NCBI GenBank assembly: GCA_039208735.1
Contig: JBCCQY010000006.1
Location: 44,475 to 108,474 of the forward strand
Source of the DNA: Myxococcota bacterium
Lineage (GTDB): Bacteria > Myxococcota_A > UBA796 > GCA-2862545
Length of the DNA stretch: 64,000 nucleotides
Direction: 5' to 3'
Shown here: positions 58,057-64,000 of the stretch, piece after piece
Layout: each line of letters begins with the position of its first letter
How positions within the stretch are numbered: the stretch's first letter is position 1
The notes under the pieces: generated by a model
What the model was told of the DNA's origin: nothing
Database searches by the model: none
The model's input: only the letters and a program-made list of their open reading frames with translations
Position numbers and translations under genes: made by a program

Positions 58057-59257
58057 GTCCGTCCTGAACGTTGTTGAGATCGGTGACGTTTTGGAAGGTG
58101 GACTCTGAAAGGTCGCTACTGACCCGCAGCAAGTAGCGTTGATCGTCCACTTCGAGGAGTTCGTTGACCTGTCCCGTCTGGGGAGGAAAACCATCGATTC
58201 GGGTGCCCTTTGTAGGATTCTTGATGTCGTCGATGCGATACACCGCCCAGGCTTCCGCATTCGCCCAAGCAATCGGAACAAGAAAGTTGCTCGGATCACG
58301 AATCTCCGCGTCGTAGCTAAGGATAAGTGCGGAGTCGTTCTGGATGTCGAGGAGCGAACCGGCTTGGTCGCTCGGCGTCAACGTTCGAGGATTGACGAAG
58401 AAGTCTGGGTCAAACTCGTCTGCGCCTGCCTGCACGCGCAAGATGCATGGCGGATCGTCGTTCAGGCCAAGGGCCTCATAGGCCGAGACCACGGGTGAAC
58501 TTGCGAAGTAGATCGCTCCGTCGGAGGCTCGGATGTCCGACGCCAACCCGCCACAGCGTTCGTCGACATCAACGGTGGACTCTTCGGTGACCATGTTGAC
58601 TCGGATGAACAGGCTCCGGCGAAGAAGTAGGCCTCCCCCTGCAAATCGCCCATACAGTAGCAGCTCGTCTCCTTCGGGTCCGGCAAGCACGGGCTGAAGG
58701 GATGCTTGCTCGCCTTCGACAACCAGGTCCGGAATTTCGAACGAGGAAAGGATCGTCATCTCGGTCGGGTTCCACCGAACGATGATGCCAGTGACGCGGT
58801 CAACGTAGAGCGCTTCCTCTTCCGACAAGAACACGAAGCTCCGGCTGGTTCCGGTGAGAGAGGTGAGGCCGGCCGGCATGAAGCTGACTTCCCCGGTGGG
58901 GGTGAGCTGACCGTCTGCGTTTCGCTCGTACCGCGTCAACGTTGGCGAACCGAACGTCGCGGCGTACACCGCACCAAACGCAACCCCACAATGGGGATTC
59001 GTGGAGAGTTCGATGGCGGTCGACGCGTCGGTCGTGCCTTCGTCAAGGCTCGGTACCGTGCTCACAAATCCGATGAGGGTGTCCGGACCCACGCCAAACG
59101 CACAAATCGCAATGGCATCGTCGAGCACCGTCGCGGGATCCGGAGCGGGTTCGTCTTGGTCGCAGCCCTCGAGACCCAGTGTTCCGACGAACATGAGGGC
59201 GATCAGGACTGTGATCATGGCATGGTTCTTCTGCAGTCCTGCGGCGACTGGCAACAT
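58010..59257 (-). CDS. MxcI/DUF4374-like lipoprotein #7
   Basis: GGAGG RBS; LEGC lipobox; GEVSF, WNPTEMTI, DERC...GAIYFAS, PCILRVQAGADEFDPDF. Confidence 0.75.
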   Translation of the reverse strand: MLPVAAGLQKNHAMITVLIALMFVGTLGLEGCDQDEPAPDPATVLDDAIAICAFGVGPDTLIGFVSTVPSLDEGTTDASTAIELSTNPHCGVAFGAVYAATFGSPTLTRYERNADGQLTPTGEVSFMPAGLTSLTGTSRSFVFLSEEEALYVDRVTGIIVRWNPTEMTILSSFEIPDLVVEGEQASLQPVLAGPEGDELLLYGRFAGGGLLLRRSLFIRVNMVTEESTVDVDERCGGLASDIRASDGAIYFASSPVVSAYEALGLNDDPPCILRVQAGADEFDPDFFVNPRTLTPSDQAGSLLDIQNDSALILSYDAEIRDPSNFLVPIAWANAEAWAVYRIDDIKNPTKGTRIDGFPPQTGQVNELLEVDDQRYLLRVSSDLSESTFQNVTDLNNVQDGLTFQGGVVIDAFFLE

Positions 59258-59272
59258 GGTTCTCCTCCAAGT

Positions 59273-62200
59273 TCATCGATCAGGCATTGGCGGCCTAACC
59301 AAGACGGAACACACGACATGCCTCCCTCTGACGCTGTCGTGGAGGGACCCTATCATGAAAGTGACTTTCATTTTCAATACAGTGCCGGCCTGGGACCGTG
59401 GATTCTTGCTTGGAGTGGAACCGAGTCGTTGGAGCCACGCAGGCGGCTCGCGCCAGCGGGGCTCGGGGGGTGACGAGGGGTGTTCGAAGCGCACGGTGAG
59501 GTCCTCGACGAGGCCCGGCGCGTTGCAGCTGTACTCGAGGAACGAGGTCGACCCATGCTGAATGCCGGCCGTGGCGCTGGTCCCGTTGGCCAGGCCCGCG
59601 CCAGCGGCCGTATCGACGTAGCAGAGTTCGATGTCACCGGTCTTCTCGTAGAGAACGGCGCGGACGTCGATGTCTGCGAAGCCGTTGCTGTGAGGAGCCC
59701 GCCAATGCACGGCGAAGGTGCGGTCAGGCGCGACCCCCGCCGCGCGCGTCCACACCTCTCCACCGACCGGATCGAGATCATCCCACCAAAGCAGGATCGC
59801 GTCTCCGAGCGCGGCGTCCGGCAAGCAAGCGTTCGCGGAAGGTGACACGTTGGTCGAGAACCCAAGGGTGCCGTTGGCGCCTACCTCGATCGTGCTGTAG
59901 TCGGTGCCGTAGAAGTCGAAGTCGAAGCCCAGCGGGACTTGTACGGACCCGAAGTTCCCCAGGCTGATCGGCGCCAGTGCGGACAGGTCGGGGCACGTTG
60001 GAATGGATGACGTGACTTCGCACATCGTGTAGCCACCGCGGTCCGTCGCGAGTTCGAGACAGTCCTCATCGTTGTCGGAGGCGGCATTGCACTCGGGCTC
60101 GGCCGGCCAGTCGATCAGCAGGTCACCATCGTTGTCGAGGGTGTCGCTGCACGCGGGGGTCACCGGCGAGTCCGTCTCGTTGCTGTCGAAGGGACTGTCG
60201 CATCCTGGCTCGTCAGGAAAGTCGAACACGCCGTCGTTGTCGTTGTCGAGGCCATCCTGACACGCACCGAGCGTGCCACCACAGTCCTCGATGTAGTCCA
60301 CGTCGAGCGGGCCGACGAGCGACGGGCCGTCGGGGAACACCAGCGCGTGACGGCGTGCATCGTAGTACCAATCATGCGCCGCGCTCCCACCGATGCTTAC
60401 GGCGAGGGTTTGCGGCACCGGGACCACGTTCAGGGGCAGCTCGGTGAGCGGTGAGAGATCGCCCACCAGGAAGTCCGCGATGAGCGGGGTGACCGCTGCG
60501 AAATTCACCGTCGCGATGTCGAAGGAGGGTCCGCCGGTCAGCGTAGCCAGCTCATCGATCGGATCATTGGCAGCGCTGTCGATGGCCCCTACCCTCACCC
60601 TGAAGGGGTCTTGGTTCTTGAGGCCAAGCCAGTAGTTTCGGGCCGCAACGGCGGTGGTCAGGCTGGTATCGGCGGAGTCGGTCACGAAGACGATGGCCAA
60701 GGTCGAGTCGGTGCGGAAGAAGACGCTGTTCGGGGCCGCATCACCCCCCGGCTGGGTGGCCGCGTAGGCCTGCTCGATACCTTCGGTGAGCGCAGTGGCC
60801 GACAGGCCATAGGACCCAAACTGCTGAGAGAGAAGCAGTGCCGCATTGGGCCCACCTGGAATCACCGGGCCAATGAACGTTGGCGAACTCGTGGTGATGA
60901 GCGCCAGCTGCCAGTCGGCCCCCGAGGCGTTCATCTGGTTGACGAAGCCGCCGACGCCGGCCGGAATGTCCACGAGGTAGGGCTGCATCGCGAGCGTGTC
61001 CTCGACGACGAGAAGCACGTCGACCCTCGGAACTGGGGGAGCCGGAGCAGGGAGGTTCAGGGTTGCCGATGCGCCCAGGCAGGTGTCGCAGGCATCGGCC
61101 ACCTGGTCGAGGTCAAGGTCGACGAGGTCGTCGCCCTGCGCACAGACATCGCAAGCGTCGGGCACGGTGTCCAGATCGGCATCGAGGGCATCGTTGAAGC
61201 CGGGGCAACGGTCGCAGCCATCGGCCACGAGATCGTTGTCGCCGTCGACGGTGTCATCGAAGCCCGGGCAAGCGTCGCAGTCGTCGGGGACGAAGTCGAT
61301 GTCGGCATCAAGCCGATCATCAGCCCCCGGACAAGCGTCCAGGCAGTCAGGAACGGTGTCGGCATCGGTGTCGAGGAGATCGTCCTCGGCCGGGCACACG
61401 TCGAGGCAGTCGGGAACGGTGTCTGCGTCGGTGTCGAGCCGATCGTCCTCGGCCGGGCACGCATCGATGCAATCGGGGACGGTGTCGGCATCGGTGTCGA
61501 GCAGATCGTCCTCACCGGGGCAGCGGTCAAGGCAGTCAGGGACGGTGTCTGTATCGGTGTCGATCAGGTCGTCGAAGCCCGGACAGCGATCGCAGCCATC
61601 GGGGACGCTGTCCGCGTCATCATCGAGAAGGTCGTCGAAGCCTTCGCAGCGGTCACAGCTGCCTGGAATGGGGGTGACGTTATCGGCCAGCAGCCCGCCC
61701 GGTACACCGTCTTGGTCTTCGTCGACGAAGTCATCGAAGTTCGGGCAGGCATCGATGCAGTTGGGGACGGTGTCCACGTCGGTGTCGAGAAGGTCGTCGT
61801 CGCCCGGGCAAAGGTCGAGGCAGTCCGGCACGGTGTCCGTGTCCGTATCGAGCAGATCGTCCGACCCCGGGCATACGTCGACGCAGTCTGCAACGGTGTC
61901 CGCGTCCGAGTCAAGGAGGTCGTCCTCGGCGGGGCACACGTCAAGGCAATCGGGAACGGTGTCGGTGTCTGTGTCGAGCAGATCGTCCTGTCCGGGGCAG
62001 CGGTCAAGGCAGTCCGGAACCGTGTCGCCATCGGCCTCGAGGAGGTCATCTTGCCCAGGGCACCGGTCGAGGCAGTCCACGACGGTGTCGTTGTCGGTAT
62101 CGAGGAGGTCGTCGAACCCCGGGCATACGTCAAGGCAGTCCGGAACCGTGTCGTTGTCGGTATCGAGGAGGTCGTCCGACCCCGGGCACGCATCGCAGGC

Positions 62201-63049
62201 ATCAGGGACGGTGTCGACATCGGCGTCAAGCAGGTCGTCCTCACCCAGGCAGGCATCACAGGCGTCGGGGACGGTGTCGAGATCGGTGTCAATCTGATCG
62301 TCCCCGCCAGCGCACACGTCACAGGCGTCAGGGACCGTGTCAGAATCGGTGTCAAGGAAGTCGTCCCCGCCAGCACACACGTCACAGGCGTCGGGGATTG
62401 TGTCGGCATCAGCGTCAACGCGGTCGTCCCCATTCGGGCAACCGTCACAGGCGTCAGGGACCGTGTCGGCATCTGCATCGACGAGGTCGTCCGCATCTGG
62501 ACAGACATCGCATGCGTCGGGCACCGAATCGGCGTCAGCGTCAAGCGTGTCGTCGCCGGCCGCGCACACGTCGCAGTCGTTGGGAACGCCATCGTTGTCG
62601 TCATCGGCGTCTTCAGCGACGCTCGTGCACACGGACGCGAGCGTCACGTCCACGGTCACCACGGTGTTGTCGGGATCGTCACTGTTGACGACAACCCGAT
62701 CCGAGAAGCTGCCGTAATCTTGCGGGTTGGCCTCGAGCACCACGTCGACGGTGTCGCCTCCGTCGAGCATCGTTCCTGCGGACGGGCGGTCGGTGAGCAC
62801 AAACGGCCCGTCGGGATTCTCGAGTTGGATGGTCTGAAGTTGGAGTGAACCACCGCAATCGTTGCGGATGGTCAACGTGAGCGAGGCGGGATCACCAAGC
62901 CGAACCTCTCCGAAGTCCAGTCCTTCTGGCGTCACCTCGATGCACGCCGCCTCTACTGGCGGTGTCTCCATCTCGTCGGGCGCATCGCCCGAACAGGCAC
63001 CCACGAGCAACGCGGCCAGGACAACGCCCAGCTTCCCCCGGAGCTTCAT
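59273..63049 (-). CDS. Large surface lipoprotein: Ig-like domain, ~24 TSP3-like repeats, VWA-like domain, Cys/Asp motifs, NIDO-like C-terminus
   Basis: LVGAC lipobox; LDFGEV; DxDxDTVPDxxDxC repeats; VDVLLVVEDTLAM; LGFDFDFYG...WWDDL. The natural end is probably near 59474. Confidence 0.85.
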   Translation of the reverse strand: MKLRGKLGVVLAALLVGACSGDAPDEMETPPVEAACIEVTPEGLDFGEVRLGDPASLTLTIRNDCGGSLQLQTIQLENPDGPFVLTDRPSAGTMLDGGDTVDVVLEANPQDYGSFSDRVVVNSDDPDNTVVTVDVTLASVCTSVAEDADDDNDGVPNDCDVCAAGDDTLDADADSVPDACDVCPDADDLVDADADTVPDACDGCPNGDDRVDADADTIPDACDVCAGGDDFLDTDSDTVPDACDVCAGGDDQIDTDLDTVPDACDACLGEDDLLDADVDTVPDACDACPGSDDLLDTDNDTVPDCLDVCPGFDDLLDTDNDTVVDCLDRCPGQDDLLEADGDTVPDCLDRCPGQDDLLDTDTDTVPDCLDVCPAEDDLLDSDADTVADCVDVCPGSDDLLDTDTDTVPDCLDLCPGDDDLLDTDVDTVPNCIDACPNFDDFVDEDQDGVPGGLLADNVTPIPGSCDRCEGFDDLLDDDADSVPDGCDRCPGFDDLIDTDTDTVPDCLDRCPGEDDLLDTDADTVPDCIDACPAEDDRLDTDADTVPDCLDVCPAEDDLLDTDADTVPDCLDACPGADDRLDADIDFVPDDCDACPGFDDTVDGDNDLVADGCDRCPGFNDALDADLDTVPDACDVCAQGDDLVDLDLDQVADACDTCLGASATLNLPAPAPPVPRVDVLLVVEDTLAMQPYLVDIPAGVGGFVNQMNASGADWQLALITTSSPTFIGPVIPGGPNAALLLSQQFGSYGLSATALTEGIEQAYAATQPGGDAAPNSVFFRTDSTLAIVFVTDSADTSLTTAVAARNYWLGLKNQDPFRVRVGAIDSAANDPIDELATLTGGPSFDIATVNFAAVTPLIADFLVGDLSPLTELPLNVVPVPQTLAVSIGGSAAHDWYYDARRHALVFPDGPSLVGPLDVDYIEDCGGTLGACQDGLDNDNDGVFDFPDEPGCDSPFDSNETDSPVTPACSDTLDNDGDLLIDWPAEPECNAASDNDEDCLELATDRGGYTMCEVTSSIPTCPDLSALAPISLGNFGSVQVPLGFDFDFYGTDYSTIEVGANGTLGFSTNVSPSANACLPDAALGDAILLWWDDLDPVGGEVWTRAAGVAPDRTFAVHWRAPHSNGFADIDVRAVLYEKTGDIELCYVDTAAGAGLANGTSATAGIQHGSTSFLEYSCNAPGLVEDLTVRFEHPSSPPEPRWREPPAWLQRLGSTPSKNPRSQAGTVLKMKVTFMIGSLHDSVRGRHVVCSVLVRPPMPDR
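59355..59376. promoter_or_regulatory. Overlapping double Fur box
   Basis: ATGAAAGT-G-ACTTTCAT plus a 6-bp-offset TGACTTT-C-ATTTTCA upstream of lipoprotein #7. Confidence 0.75.
61075..62610 (-). repeat. Intragenic ~63-bp (21 aa) tandem repeat array, about 24 copies
   Basis: Counted units such as DTDADTVPDCLDVCPAEDDLL in the 1258 aa translation. Confidence 0.9.
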
Positions 63050-63189
63050 GCTCTCCTCCCTGGAGTTCAGTCGCCGGGACGGTAGCTTCAGAATTTTCCA
63101 GCGTCAACAACCATCACGTTGACGGAATTTCGTAAATCACCAGGATATCATTCCTGCTTCGGTGACTGAATTAAGCCCCGCCCTGGCAA

Positions 63190-63953
63190 CTAGGGTGAAG
63201 ATGCCTGCCACATGTCTGCAAGCTGCGCGGTGGCCTTTGACCGAATCGCATCGACGTCCTGACCCAGGATTAGCTCGAGGGCTTGGGCGATCTCATCGAT
63301 TGCATAGATTGCGAAACGCCCCTCTCGACACGCTTGAACCACGTCCGAGCGAAGTTGAAGGGCGCCCGCGGCCACACCGGGGATCAACACGCCTTGATGG
63401 CCGTCGAGCCCTTGTGCAGCGCACGCATCAAAAAATCCTTCGATCTTCTCGTCGACCGCACCGACCGGCAACACGTGACCATGCTGGTCCACCGCGCCGG
63501 TCATCGCGAGCCCTTGGTGGGCGGCCCACCCCGTGATCGCGCTCATCAGACACACGAACTCGGCACCCGAGGCCGAGTCGCCATCAACCCCACCGTAGCT
63601 TTGTTCGTGAGTGATGGAGGCGTCGAAGGTGAGCGGATGTGGCGCAACCAAGAAGTTCCGCAGGAGCCCCTGCACGGTGAGAAACCCCTTCGTGTGGATC
63701 TGACCGGACATCATGGCCTCGCGCTGGAGGTGGATGGCGCCTTCCGAACCTGGTCCTACGCTGGCGGTAATGCGGAGTGGAAAACCGTAGGCCAGCGCCC
63801 CGGCGGAGACCACGGCCAGCCCGTTGACCTGTCCCACTCGGCGGCCCTGGGTCTGCACGTGGAGCATTCCCGACGCAATTCGGTCCCGGTAGCGCCGCCC
63901 AGGAAGATCCGCTCGACGTTTCCCATCGTGGATGGCTTTGGTCACGTGCTGAC
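63190..63953 (-). CDS. Lon-type (LonB/LonC-like) protease, C-terminal fragment
   Basis: VGQVNGLAV, SGQIHTKG, EQSYGGVDGDSAS (catalytic Ser), TGAVDQHG.V.PVGAVDEKIEGFF. 5' part lost at the fold-back junction. Confidence 0.85.
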
Positions 63954-64000
63954 CCAGGGCCGCCGAGTGGGACAGGTCAACGGGCTGGCCGTGGTCTCCG
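63804..64000. repeat. Exact 50-bp inverted duplication (fold-back) running to the window edge
   Basis: 63951-64000 is the exact reverse complement of 63804-63853. Confidence 0.95.

Noticed and set aside
42117..59376. Iron island as a mobile element
   Set aside because: No integrase, transposase, tRNA target or flanking direct repeats were seen.
61075..62610. Regular ~63-bp repeats as a possible CRISPR or non-coding array
   Set aside because: The repeats are in-frame, vary at synonymous positions, encode TSP3-like units and have no unique spacers or cas genes.
60611..62848. 745 aa plus-strand ORF, and other long antisense ORFs such as 7940-9052, 41001-42110 and 33776-34918
   Set aside because: Shadow ORFs opposite well-supported genes in high-GC DNA, with no motifs of their own.

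Overview
High-GC bacterial window. The gene content (TIGR02147-type regulator, DADAD/'putative metal-binding motif' lipoproteins, MxcI-like lipoproteins, AgmX/PglI-like domain, kinase-STAND-TPR) suggests Myxococcota; this is an inference. I found no rRNA, tRNA, CRISPR array or transposase. The only core gene is thrS (40089-41864). The most striking structure is a ~17 kb island (42.1-59.4 kb) with seven divergent MxcI/DUF4374-like ~400 aa lipoprotein paralogues, four PepSY-TM (FoxB/XusC-like) membrane proteins, two small membrane partners, two TetR genes with their own palindromes and six Fur-box-like sites. It has no TonB-dependent receptor, ABC transporter or siderophore synthetase, and reads as a multiplexed xenosiderophore/iron capture-and-reduce array. 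Other notable modules: a protoglobin with a lipoprotein signal, coupled to a redoxin behind a tandem operator; a 3-Cys SoxR-like regulator with a 19-bp-spacer promoter driving a MerF-like fusion and a GNAT; and a palindrome-led DUF1636-cbiMN-cbiQO-COG0523-WD40 metal operon with no visible B12 riboswitch. Several single-base frameshifts, a probable lost stop, a probable lost ATG and a fold-back at the right edge suggest assembly errors, so pseudogene calls are provisional. All family assignments come from motif recognition by eye, not database searches.
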